DNA of 35,793 nt from Caecitellus pseudoparvulus (taxonomy: Eukaryota > Protista > Bigyra: Bicosoecida): contig CBFFRQ010000163.1 in assembly GCA_965644315.1 (NCBI GenBank), positions 1 to 35,793 of the forward strand. The letters run 5' to 3'. This document shows positions 9,570 through 21,992 of this stretch, piece by piece. A program made the translations under genes and the position numbers. The number at the start of each line of letters is the position of its first letter. The first letter of the stretch is position 1. The notes under the pieces were generated by a model that did not search any database, was not told the DNA's origin, and was given only the letters and a program-made list of their open reading frames with translations.

Positions 9570-10380
9570 TTGTGGTATGAAATGCAAAAGATTTGAATTG
9601 TGACTTTGTGAAGAGAGTATGTTGAATATGTTTTTGTCATTTGATGAGTTCTACAGCCCTATTCGAGCGACGTTCAACTAAGAAACAAGTTCTAAGTGGG
9701 GATTGATCCCCTGTCGTCTGTCGGGTAAATAAGCAAGTATTTCGAACATAAACAATACATTAGTTAAGAAACAATTTATAGAATGTTTTAAATTATTAGG
9801 TATAGTAGGAGTAGTAAGGACGTTTTTTTCAAAAGTTCTCCGGGGAAGTGAAAATGAAAAAGTTTTGTGAAAAGCGTCCTTGAACGTCCTTATGTCCTTA
9901 AATGTCCTTGGGGTCCCCAAAATCGTGGATGATACTGGGTACCAACAAGTGATAAATAAGTGACAAGATTAAGACGTGAATTGGTGTGAATATTGAGAAG
10001 TTCTCGGCGAAAGTAGTTTGTTACTGAACACCCGCCAATAATTAATTAATTAAGGAATTGTGACTGAAAGTGGTAAGATAAATTGGAATAGAAATAGAGA
10101 ATTAATTTGTTACTTAGTGGAAATAAAAAGTAATTAGTGAATTTAAAGAATTAAGACTATTATGGTAAGAAATATTTGAATTGAAATACTTAAAATATCT
10201 TTTGTGATTCCCGCCAAAATTAATTGAAAATTTTCTAAGTAATTGAGACTACTCTATATAATGTAGTCTCAATTACTTTGAATATTTTCAACTAATTTTG
10301 GCGGGAAACACAAGCTCAACAGAGTAAATCAATCTCAGTTCCAAATTTCGACTCATGATCAGCGAGTCGAAATTCGTCAC
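9570..10380. other. AT-rich island with inverted repeats (telomere-associated sequence of unknown origin)
   Basis: Abrupt drop to roughly 30% GC (by eye) from ~60% in the flanks. Inverted repeats at 9816-9881, 10202-10313 and 10344-10374. Confidence 0.7.
10202..10313. repeat. Long inverted repeat: 51-bp arms (4 mismatches), 10-nt spacer
   Basis: Left arm TTGTGATTCCCGCCAAAA...GAGACTAC (10202-10252), right arm GTAGTCTC...TTTTGGCGGGAAACACAA (10263-10313). Confidence 0.93.
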
Positions 10381-10487
10381 CACAATTGATTCACTCTGTG
10401 TATGGCGGTTGAGTCCTGAAATTCATTCGGTCCAACCCCTTGATGAGCTCTTGAGCGCGGCCCAGTTTGCATCAGCACGTGGCGCTT

Positions 10488-12550
10488 TCACGGCTGTGTC
10501 TGAGCAGGGTTACTTCCTGCACTTCCTGCAGACTGGCTCGGCATTCGCCTGCGTTGAAGCATTACGAATGCAGCAACAGCAGCGACCAATCCCACAATTA
10601 CCACAATGCCAGCAACCATCCAAGACTGCCCCCCTTTACTCGGCCCGCTGCTGCTCGCCTGTCCCTGAATGGCTGAAGGATTAGAGGCCTGGGGTGGCTG
10701 TGGGGCAGCTGCAGTTGAGGATGGTGATGAAGTCACACTGCTTGTCATGGACACTGTGGCAGTTGCACTGCTAGACGCCGTCGAGCTGGTTGTCGGTGTC
10801 ACAGACGAGGACGGGGTGCCTGTCGGAGAGCTGGACATTGTGGCTGTTGTAGTCGATGTCACCGAGCTTGTTGCAGTTGGGCTGCAAGTTGCCGTCGCCG
10901 AGCTTGACGCAGTGGGACTTTGGCTGGCCGTCATTGAGGGCGACTGCGATGGAGAGGGTGTAGTTGAAGCAGTCGCTGAGGGAGTGGCTGTTTGGCTGGA
11001 AGAGGAGCTTGCCGTCGGCGATACAGAGGGCGTGGCCGAGCTTGTGGGGGACACAGTAGGGGAGACTGTTGCGGAGGGAGTGCTACTGGGTGAGGAGGTG
11101 GGCGACGGGGATGGAGAGGGGACAAATCGAATGAAGCCTGCATCTGCAGGGTGCTCGTCGTCACCGATGTTCTGCGTGTTGCCGTAGCCAAGCTTGCCAT
11201 GCTGGCCTTCACCCCAGCACATGGCACTTGCTGGGGAGTGCAGCACACACGTATGGCGCTCTCCTGCAGACAGGTGAGTTGCCACAGCCCCAGATGCCCA
11301 TGTTCACAGTACCAACAGAGCTTGGATGCTCGTTGTCTCCAACGCTGGCGGTGTTGGAATACCCAAGCATCCCATGAGACCCCAGCCCCCAGCACATGAC
11401 CCCACCGGTCGTCAAGAGCGCACAGCTGTGATCATTCCCGACAGTGATCTGAGATGCTGTTGCGCCCCCAAGATCGACAGTCCCAGCAGTTGCTGGGTGC
11501 TCATCGTTGCCAATGAACTCGGTGTTGCCGTACCCAAGTTGGCCACTGGACCCCGACCCCCAGCACATGACCTCTCCGCTCGTGAGAAGCACGCACGTGT
11601 GGCTCTGTCCTGCAGCAACTCGTGCTGCCGCGCGTCCCCGCGCCCAAATTAACTTGACCTGCAGCAGCAGGGTGCTCGTTGTCACCAATGTGGTTGAAGT
11701 TGCTGTATCCGAGCCTGCCGGAGAATGCTGTCCCCCAGCACATGACCCCACCGTTCGTCAACACAGCACACGTGTGGCTGTCTCCAGCGGAAACCTGTGC
11801 TGCAGCAAGACCTGCACCCAGGTAGACAGCGCCTGCAGCAGATGGGTGCTCATTGTCACCAATGTTGTTGGTGTTACCATACCCAAGCCGGCCGTTTGAC
11901 CCAAACCCCCAGCACATAAGCAGCCCAGTTGTCAACACTGCGCACGTGTGGCTCTTGCCTGCAGACACTTGGGCAGCGGCTGCACCAGAGCCCAAATCAA
12001 CGGTTCCCGCCGCAGCTGGACCCTCAGAGGCGCCAACGTTCTCCTTATTGCCGTACCCGAGCTGGCCGGCGATGGAGGAGCCCCAGCACATGACACCTCC
12101 GTCATCCAGCACAACACAAGTGTGGCTGCCTCCTGCCGAAACTTGGACCACGACAACACCAGCGCCTACGTTCACATTGCCTGCAGTTTCTGGTAGCTCG
12201 TTGTCTCCGATGGGGTTCAAGTTCCCGTACCCGAGCTGCCCACTGTAGCCTCCGCCCCAGCATCGCACCTTGCCGTCCGTCACGGCGCAGGTATGCAAGC
12301 CGCCGGAAGATAGCTGAGTGTCTTCAACAGACGTGCTCGCCAAGCGGCGATGAAGGTTGACATCATTCAGCATCAAACTGAGTCCACGAAGTGCAACGTG
12401 AGCTTCGGCGCAGCCCAACGTTGCCAGGAAGGCAGCGGAGAGCACTGCGAAACGCCACCGGCACGCTGCGCCGGCTCCTGCCCGCTTTTGCAAGTGCGCA
12501 GCGCAAGACAGACAGGCGCTAGCGCATTGGTTCGTAGCATGGGGACCCAT
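10488..12550 (-). CDS. RCC1/BLIP-II repeat type I membrane protein: signal-like segment, ~7 RCC1 repeats, S/T/P-rich stalk, TM helix; two +1 frameshifts
   Basis: Repeats VSAGxxHTCAV...V.CWG....G.LGYG, hydrophobic FAVLSAAFLATLGCAEA, C-terminal WMVAGIVVIVGLVAAVAAFVML-QRRR. Frame breaks near 11637 and 11297, in or beside G runs. Confidence 0.85.
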
Positions 12551-13476
12551 GGCAATGCCACGCGGCAATGAGGGATGCTGCGTGGGGCACAGCGCGTCCT
12601 GAAGGATCCGACACTGCACGTTCTGAAAGCGGTGTTGCCTGATTCGCGCCTGCGAGTGGTACAGGGAAAAGAGCATGATACACGGACCCTAGTAGTGGTA
12701 CAAATGAGAATTCATGTGCAACACAGTGCATCGACAGCACTAGGCAAGCATTGTGGCGCGAGCAGCACGCGTTGACAGCTTCTGATGGGCGTTTCATGCG
12801 CCATCAAGAAGCGGAGGCGACTCCCGGACCCCCAAGCGCGAAAGCCCTTTGACATACTCACACAGCAGAACATTGGAGCTACGAGATCTGTCCTTGTCAA
12901 AAATAGTTCATGCTGCAATGTGCCGATTGTGCCCAGTACCAAAATGAAGCGGCACGGCCCGCCTTGCTTGGCTGTGGCGGGCGTCACCACCCCGCTCGGT
13001 CTGCAGCGGCAACCTTCCGCACACCGTGACACAATATGGAGCCTTCAATAGCCCCGCGTGGGCTACAGTGGCAGCAGCGGCCGGGGCGACATGCTGCGCA
13101 TGCGTCCCAGCAGCCGGCCCGATGCAGCACCTCGAGGAAGAGGCACGATGCGCCCCACGCCGTGCTTCCCCCCCATCATCATCCCGGGGCCAAAGTGTCC
13201 TTCCATTTGGACTACACTTCATAGCTGCCTCCACAGCAATGCCAAGGCCTGGACATCGAAGGGCCCGAGCGACCTCTCAATAGGCGCTGTAGCAGCCGCT
13301 GCATCCACGACCCAGTTCAAGGCTGGCAGCATGGTACTCCCGGAAGTTCCAGACCTCAAAACGTGCCACAGGGGCCTCTGTCAGTCTCGCGAGTTCTGCA
13401 GCTTGCTGTCTTCAACTGTTGATCACGTTCACCTGCATCATCCGGCCAAAGCCTGCAACTGCTCTCTCACAATGCC

Positions 13477-15030
13477 TCAGCCGCCCAGAACTGAACTCTG
13501 CAGCCAGGACCGACGACCACATGTAAACATCACCGCCCCCAAGCTGCCCTGAGGAGTAGAAAATGCGCGCATCCCACTTCCCGTGCTTGTTCCGCACCAA
13601 GCAGCGTCCTTCCCTGCCTGCAGGGCAGTGTCCCCCGCCAACGCTGCAGCTTCGCGTGGCATGGCCCGGCTGCCTGTGAGCCCCATCAACTCTCGCACCA
13701 CGTGCGAGTGGCCGTTCCTGCACGCCATGCGGAAGCCCACGTCAGGGCCGTCCCAGCTTCCCACATGGACATCCACAGCTCTTTGTCCCGTGAGGGCCAA
13801 CAACTCGCGCACCACTTGCACGTGGCCACGCTCACAAGCACTTCGAAAGCCAACCTCTGGCCCAGTCCCATCTGCAACATGAACATCAATCGCCCCGTCG
13901 CCAACCACGTCGAGTAACTCGCGCAGGACGGCCAAGTGGCCAAGGTAGCAAGCCCATCGGAAGCCATACTCGGACCCAACTCTGTCTCCCGCGTGGATAT
14001 CCACCGCCCGCTCCGCCGGCAACGCCAACAGCAAACGCACAACGTTTGCGTGGCCATACCGGCAAGCAAGCCGAAAGGCAGACTCGGGCCCATCAAGATC
14101 TACCGCATGCACATCCACTGCCAGCTCGCCAGAAAGGGCGAGCAAGTCTCGCACGACAGCCTCATGTCCTCCCGCACACGCAGATCGAAAGCCAGCTCCA
14201 GCCCCTTCCTCGTCACATGCGTGCACGTCTACCTGCCGATCACCAGTGAGAGCCAGCAGCTCCCGAACTACAGCATCATGGCCGTGCTGACATGCCCTCC
14301 GAAAGCCAGCCTCTGGTCCCTCCCAATCTCCAGCGTGCACGTCCACAACGCGGTGGCCTGTCAGCGCCAGGAGCTCGCGCACCACACCAACGTGGCCCCG
14401 TGCACACGCGCACCGAAAGGGGGCCTCAGGACCATCTTCATCTCCCACATGCACATCAGTTTCCCGGTCCCCACCAAGCCGCAGCAACACACGCACAACA
14501 TCCAAGTGGCCGTGCAAGCACGCGGCTCGGAAGGCAGCCTCAGGCCCAGCCGAGTCCCCAGCGCGCACGTCCACTGCACGCTCGCTGCCGAGACGCAGCA
14601 GCTCAGAAACAACATCCCGGTGGCCTTCCGAACTGGCCGCTCGAAAGGCAAACTCAGGCCCGTCTTCATCTCCGGCGTGCACATCCACGGCCCTCTCCCC
14701 GCTCAGAGCAAGCAGCTCCCGCACCGTCTCCACATGCCCATTCCAGCAAGCCAATCGAAAACCCGCCTCAGGGCCATTCTCATCACCTGCATGGACATCC
14801 AGGCCTGCCTCTTCCTCCACGGCCAGCAGTGCTCGCAACAGGCCAACGTGCCCTGCTGCACATGCTCTCAGAAAGCCAGCGGTAATGTCGTCCCCTGTCA
14901 GAGCCCCAAGCACAGACTCTGCACTCGCCTTTGATCCGTGGAGCATGTCCATCAGTGTGGTTACGTCACCACCTGTGCAAGCAGCCCTCCACTCTCCCAC
15001 GGCACCGGCATCGTCCGCCTCACTCGCCAT
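13477..15030 (-). CDS. Ankyrin-repeat protein with ~11-12 38-aa repeats
   Basis: Repeated FRxACxxGHxxVVRELLALxGxRAVDVHAGDxxGPE. N-terminus MASEADD is homologous to the paralog at 33541. The 3' end is uncertain. Confidence 0.85.
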   Translation of the reverse strand: MASEADDAGAVGEWRAACTGGDVTTLMDMLHGSKASAESVLGALTGDDITAGFLRACAAGHVGLLRALLAVEEEAGLDVHAGDENGPEAGFRLACWNGHVETVRELLALSGERAVDVHAGDEDGPEFAFRAASSEGHRDVVSELLRLGSERAVDVRAGDSAGPEAAFRAACLHGHLDVVRVLLRLGGDRETDVHVGDEDGPEAPFRCACARGHVGVVRELLALTGHRVVDVHAGDWEGPEAGFRRACQHGHDAVVRELLALTGDRQVDVHACDEEGAGAGFRSACAGGHEAVVRDLLALSGELAVDVHAVDLDGPESAFRLACRYGHANVVRLLLALPAERAVDIHAGDRVGSEYGFRWACYLGHLAVLRELLDVVGDGAIDVHVADGTGPEVGFRSACERGHVQVVRELLALTGQRAVDVHVGSWDGPDVGFRMACRNGHSHVVRELMGLTGSRAMPREAAALAGDTALQAGKDAAWCGTSTGSGMRAFSTPQGSLGAVMFTCGRRSWLQSSVLGG

Positions 15031-15540
15031 GGCGTTGCGGCGCAGATTCCGCACATGTGGCCTCGATGCACCTCCGCGCTGTGGAAGGAGCAAGGCTCCA
15101 GCAGGCCGACCAGGGTCAATTTCTAAGTTGCACTTTCACATTCCAGTTTTGAACATGAACAGCACCTGGGCTTCCGCGTTTTCCTCACGCACCGTAACTG
15201 CTCCAAGTGTCAGCCGAGGCAGTGGCGTCTGCTGCCCCGCGTGCCTTTCGCCTCGTGCTGCCTCCACAGCTTCTTCGAGCTGGACTGCTCACTCTCTTTT
15301 CAACTCAAACACCTTCATGGTCCTCTAGAGATCGCTCCACTTCCTAGCCTTCGCCGAGATCAGTTGCACGTCTCAAGACCATCAATGCAAGTTTCCGTTC
15401 GGCACCGGCAGTGCTCCAAGGAGCTAGGACATATTCACAGCTTATCGACCTTTCGTGTACGTAAATGTGCCTGCAACCAAGCCAGGCAAACTAGCGTGTG
15501 CATTTTGCAGCCCATGTCACCCTCCCTTTCCTTTCCTTCA

Positions 15541-18500
15541 TCAAGAGCGAGCAATGGCAGGGCCGACGACCAAGGGCGACTTGGTGCGAGTGGCTGGGGT
15601 CTCCACACTCGAGTCCTCTGCTTCCTGGCGCAGGCCAGCTTCGCGCACCATGGCCACATCACGCGAGAGGGCGATTGCCTTATCCACAGAAATGCAGCTG
15701 CCGAGCGCAATGCAGGCCGCTGCGCTCCTGCGTGGTCCAAACGTGCAGCACCAGAGGCCTGGGTGTGGGACGTGCTTCAAGTGTGAATGCGTCGGCGATT
15801 GCTGCAGGTACAGCTTCAGCCAGTCAAAGACTGCAGCGTGCCGCGTACGCAGGGTGGCGACGCCTGCGCCGAGCAGGAGGAGGAAGGTCATGGCCAAGAA
15901 CAGTGTGTTGGCTAGGAAGATGGCGCCCTGCAGCAGGAACTCCGTCTTCTCTCCAACCAGTAGTTCGTCGCCCAGCGCCAGGCCTCCGAAGGCAGACACA
16001 CAAATGGCGGTCAGTGCTGCGGTTTCCACAGCATTCATCAGCGTGGCCTCGTACGGCAAGGATGCAACATGGACGACAAGAGAAGCTGACAGCACGAGGC
16101 AGATCAGCGCTGCTTGCAGCTCGGCATTGCGCACGGTGACAGCGACTGCAGCAAGGAGCACTTTCCGTGGCAGCACGACCAGCAACTCCCAGTACCAGAA
16201 GTTGGGCTCGTCTTCTTCTTTGCGGGGAGAGTCCTCAGAGTGCGCACGGGGAATTCTGAACCCTTCATACACCGCACCGTACACTGCCTTCACGCTGTGC
16301 TTGTAGACATGGTGCCTGTGGCGGCATACGAGACAGGCGCTGCCGACCGGGATGCCGACGCCCCACACCAGCAAGCCAAGGTATGCTGCGAGCTGGGCGG
16401 TCTGGAACATGGAGTCCATGCTTCCGTGTGCGACATCTGAACGGAGGAACAGGAAGCCCAGGATGCGGAAGTCGTACGTGTCCAGCATGCGCAGACATGC
16501 CTCGACTACAGGGAAGTGCACCAGCAAGAGCAGGATGAAGGCTGCGCGATACGCTTGCTCAGCACACCTCGCCCGCTGCTTGAAGAGGTCCACAGTCTTT
16601 GCCAGCACAGCTTTCTCCTCAGAGCGCATGCTTGCAGGGTGGGCCGGCGGTGAGCCAGGCATCACAGCTGCTTCAACCTGCGCTGCCGCCTGGCTGCGGC
16701 TTGATCGCGGCTTGCGCATATCAATGACGACTGAGCCTTCCGACTCTTCATCAGCCTCGGCCAGGTCGTCCAAGTCAGCCCACGCAGATGTCCGTCTCGC
16801 TGCTGGAGATGGGTCGGTCGGGCCTGTGTCGTCTTGGAATGAGGTGGACCTTGGGACCAGCGCGGAAGGCCTGGAAGTTGGAGACACTAGGGTCTTTGGC
16901 GCGGGGAAGGCAAAAGTATCATCAACCAGAGCACCCTCTTTCTTGGGAGGAGTGGAAGCGGCAAGGGGCTGCGGGGCCACTACCCCAGACTCGGCAACGC
17001 CTTCCCCGCCAACTGAGCCCCCACCCTTCTCCTCAGCATACCTCTCAGCAGCAGCCTGCAGCACTGCGTGGCTTTGCCGCTGCAAGATGCTGGTCACACC
17101 CGCTACGATCAACGGAATGCTCACTGCAGCAATGGGTATGCTCAAGGTGATGAAGAAGCGAGTGTACATGTCTGCACGCAAGGCGCACTGGGCAGGCACC
17201 GAGTTGGTGCTGACGCCGACCGACACTGAGGAGAGCCACGCCATGATGCCATCTAACGCGCTTTCAGGCGGCAAGCGGGTACTCAGCAGCACTGCATACA
17301 TCTGGGCCCAACCGGTCATGACACGGAACACCCCAATGAGCAGTCCCCTGCTTTGCCCCTCCTTGCTTTCCCGATCACTCGTGCGCAGGGCCAGGTACAC
17401 GAGGAGCCCCGTGAACAAAACCCAGGAGCCGATGCTCTGCAGAAAGCCAAAACTGCCATCGGGGCACTTCACACAAAGCAGCTGTGGGCTGGACCTTGCC
17501 CAGCCTTCAGCACACTCGCCGCAGAGAATGCCCCTGTGCCCAGGCACACATGAGATGCCACTCGAGTTCGCTACAGGCCTGCACGCGTCTGGAGGCGTGC
17601 ACTGAAGGATGCTCGCACCAGCGTAAAGAACCGCTTTCCCTGCGACTGCGGCCTGCAACTCAGCTGTCTCATTCACAAGTGCTTGCAGACGCCGTCTCGC
17701 GGGCGAATCAGCGCTGGTTGTGTCACCCTGTAACTCGGCACTGGCCACATCTTTCAGCTTGCTCCAGTACCTTTCCTGCAGCTTTGGGTGTGATGGCACC
17801 ATGGACGCATCAGTCACGCAGGTATCACACCAGAAACCCGGGCGAGGCCTGAACTGCCCAGCAGCGCAGCTGATGCCGTTCAAGGGGCACTGCAAGCACT
17901 TGGTCTGGGCCAGGTTGGCGAAGGTGCCGCCAGGGCACTGCGTGCATGCAGCCTCTTGGTTTTCAACACTGGCACGGATTGTTCCAGGAGGGCAGCGTTC
18001 ACAGCGAAGCCCAAAATTGTCATTGCTGCTCTGGCGGCGCTGCCAGCCAGTAGCACAAATGCAGTCCATCTGCGAGTCAGCCAGCACCTCGCTGTCGGTG
18101 CGGCACGTTGGGCTCACTACCACAGCAGGCACAGCCACTGCACCCCGTGACAGATACGGATATATGGCTTGCCCAGAGATAGAGGATGTGAGCAGCGTAG
18201 TCTGCGGCTGAGATGGTTGGACTTGCAGCACGGCACGCCCTTCGTCCAGGGCGGCGAGCCCGACAGTCAGATCAGCTTCGCCGGTCACCAGCTGGCGCAC
18301 TTGCGGTAACTCAACGAGGGACTCCACTTCGCGACTTGTGGCATCTCGGGCTTCAAGCAGGAGCCCCACTTGCTGCCGCCCGGACACAATGATTGTGCCT
18401 CCAGGCGCTGAGGCATCCACCATGGACATGTTGCGTTGCCCGCTCAAAGCAGACTGAATGGCGACCATTTCGCGGTCAGCGCGTTTGGGCCACGAAACGG

Positions 18501-20900
18501 CATCGGGCAGCATGAATCTGCTCGTGTGCGAGAACTCACCTCCACCGCGCACCTGCACCCGCACTGGGATAGCCCGGATTTCTTCGTACGCAGCCAGCGC
18601 GGCCACGTCTGTCGCACCTGACGCACCTTCTGCCACAGATGCAGTGATGCGCACCAGGATTGTTGCCGCAAGCTCTCCGCTACCGCACAAAAGTCCAAGT
18701 GGTGGCCGAGGCCCAAGACACAGCTCGCCTCCATGCACGACGCTGACTGACACCACCAGTTGCCCAGTGGAAGCAGGCAGCAAGAGCTCATCCTTCGTCG
18801 TGGTTGTCTGCAGCCATGCGGCTGTGGACGAGGTGCCCTGCGACGGAACCACTTGCACGTGTAGATCAGCAAAGGAAGCCAACGTCTGCAGGGTGGCAAT
18901 GCCGGAGGCGTCCTTGCTTGGCGCCACTGTCAGCGACACGGTGCCAGGAACTACAGAAAGTAGCGTGGAGCGCATGGTCACCGGCAGCGCATGATCAAGC
19001 TGCCCAGCTTGGGACTTGACATCGTATTCGTTCGTGCGCAAGCGCAGGGTGCTCGAAAACAGTCAGCTGACAGCTGCACCTGGAGAAACCAGCCAGACTG
19101 TGAGGAGCACGCGCTCACCCACGCCGAGGGATCCCTGCAACACCCTTGCCTCTTCTCGAAGGGAGCGGACGGAAACGACGCCCTGCTCACTGGCAAGCGC
19201 GGAAGCAATGTCGGAGCCGGTGCCTCCAGCATGGCCACATACACCTGCTGGGGTACACACTGCGAGCCATGGTGCCAAGCTAGCGTCCGCGTGGTCAAGT
19301 GTCCAGGTCAGGGTGCCAGACCCAACGTTTCGCAGAAGCAGCTGTTGGGTGCTGTTGCCCCCTGGGATGACATTGCGCTCCATGACACGAGGCCGCATGT
19401 CCGAGATCGGCGCGATGACCCGCAAAGAGACCTGCACAATGACAGGCTAAAGGTCGGCCACCCGAAGTCGCCCAGTTGCCCCGCCGGCCGCTTCCTTTGA
19501 AGCCGCGGAGTTTGCCTGGAAGGTAACAGTGACCCGGTGCAGGCCAGGAGGGAGGTTCGCAGACTGCATGGTCAAGACGATTCCTTGCTGGCCTTGGTTT
19601 GCGGGGAGTCGCGCCTTCCGGGATGCAGACAGGGTCAGCCAGCCCTGCTGTTGGCCCCGAAAGGAAACCTGAGCGTCCCAGTGCACGTGTTCGGCACTGG
19701 ACACGATGACAGCTTGAGACTTTATATCAGACTGGCCGTTTAGCTCAAAAGAAGCGCCCACTTCCACAGGGAAGGCGGTGAGGAACGGCAGGGGCTGGGG
19801 AGTGACGCTGGCGGTGGACGAGGAGGAGGCACCAGGTGATTTCGTTGGCTGGGCGGACGCACTGCTGGATGCCGTTGGCGTTGGCGTTTTGCTGCTCGGC
19901 GGGCGCACGGACGGCGACCTGGACGGGGCGATGGAAGGCAGTGGCGCTGAACTTTGGGCCAAGTCGACCACCTTCACGGGCACGACTGCAGTCGCGTTCA
20001 AGCCCACGACGCCGTGGACGTGAACCACAAGGTCAAATGCTCCCGAATTCTCATTCGACTCCAAGTACGCGCTGGGGAGTCGTGGCAGCCCATCAACTGC
20101 GGCAGGACCAAGCTGCAAGGAAAGGGAGACAACCAAGCGTGGAAATGTAGACGTGAATGCTCGAGTCACCCTCCACCAGTCAGTCGAGTGCAGACAAGGG
20201 TCCCAACCATCCAGCCTCGCATCGATGCAAGACACGCTCAAAACAACCAGTGTCGCTGCAGATCCGACGTCTGCTGCATCAGACAGCGACAGGGGAGCGC
20301 CAACACTGGACCCTGTCTGAGCACCAACTAACAACACCGCTGGATCGTGCAGTGCTGCCTCACTGGTGCGCCCGTTGAAGGCTACTTCCTGCTGCACAGT
20401 GAGGACAGCCACTCAGGCGGCCTTGAAGACGGAGTCGCGCTGCGAGTTGCTGTCACTGATGGCGTCACAGAGGGAGAGTTGCTAGGTGTGGATGCAGCTG
20501 GTGCTGGGGGCGTGGCGACGCACGCTGTGGCATTGTGGGATGGGCGTGGAAGACTACCGCGAGCATGCTGAAGAACAAGGCATGCTACGCATGCACCCTT
20601 GTGCAGCGCTTGTGGGAGGCACGCCACCCTGCGCTGAGCGGCGCAGCTGCCGTCAGTGGCAGTGGTAGAACGCTCCCAAGCCCACGAAGCGACAGCAACA
20701 CCAACACCGCTCACAAAGCACTCCCTCGTTTATGCCGTCAAGCAAAGAGGGGGTGGAAACCCACACCAGTGCAACCTATGCCAGGGTCATTCAGCACCGG
20801 GCCCCTCCTCCACCGCCAGCAGCTTGGTCAGCGACCAGTCCGCATCGCGAATAGGCCAAGACAACAGCAGCGGCGAGCTTCACCGGCAGCAGCGGGGCCA
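15541..20900 (-). pseudogene. Large Cys-rich multi-pass membrane protein (Ig-like ectodomain, CxxC repeats, ~7-TM C-terminus), disrupted
   Basis: CERCPPG...CTQCPGGTF...CLQCP and C.PGH.G.LC..C..GW followed by multiple TM helices. ORFs 19447-20412, 19063-19437 and 15541-19041 share one frame, separated by single stops (TAG 19447-19449, TGA 19063-19065). The 5' end is approximate. Confidence 0.65.
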
Positions 20901-21992
20901 GGGAACGCAAGCCCTCATACTTCACGTTCAACAGTGTTTCTACGGTGTTAACATGCAAATCACGGCAGCCAGCTCCACCTCGCGTCAGGCTCACAAATTT
21001 CTACTGTGCAAGACACTGCACCTTCATCCGATTTCCGCAGCTCAGCTGCTTGCTCTGCACTGCTCCCGGGCGTCCTGTCATTGGATTACAGCGGCAAGGC
21101 GAATTCTGAAACTTTGACATATGGACGATAGATTTCAATGATGGCCACTCAGGGCTCCCAGTCCTGCCGATTTCGCTGCCAGGCTGCAGAATGTGTTTGA
21201 CTGGCTCTGCCCACGGGAGTGCAAACCAATGCAAGGCGCTGTCCACGATGGCATGGCTGCCCAGGTACAGGGACTGCACGGCGCACCTTGACATGCTTGG
21301 CAGTATTGGGTTACCTCCAGACTTGTTTGTTCAATGGAGTCCAATGACGGCACGGCCATGATCTGCAAAGGCAAGGCTCACACCTGTCAAGCATCAAAGG
21401 CCAAGCCTGGCAAACTGTGTGGCGGGGTGAGCATGAAGCAAGACATCTGACCTTCACAGATGCTCCCCAAGGCTGGGGGTCGATTTGCTCATGGCAACCG
21501 CAGTGCTCCACACGCTGGCGATGCTTCTTGCCCAGCTTTGAGTGATCGGAAACGAAATGCACATGACAACAGTGCCTGGGTCTGAAAGACGCCCACATGC
21601 TGGATCAAGGCCCGGTGAGGACTGCTGAAGCACTGGATACATTTGCTAGGCCCTTGCGGCAAAAGTTGCTCCGGAATTCTGGGGGTGCCGCAGAGGGCAA
21701 AAGATTCTACTGGCCCCATGAGGTGGTCGCCGCACCTCCCGGATGGACGAAGGTCCTGAGAACGTGCATTCGGTACTGTGGGGCCGTGTTTGATCACGTG
21801 GTAGAAGCTCAACTTCAGGGTGCAGGCGTGGAACGCGGGCAGCCCGCCGCGAACCTCGCGCGGCGAGCCCGCTACACGGTCGCCACGCCTGGCGCCTGGA
21901 CCATGCCGGCCCACCTCGCTCCTGGGCGAGGCGGACCGGAAGGGGAGCAAGTATGGGGTGGATGTGGTGGAAAACATGTGACCAGCATTGCA

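Noticed and set aside
12700-13470. Short ORFs between the RCC1 and ankyrin genes
   Set aside because: No motifs; expected by chance at this GC content.
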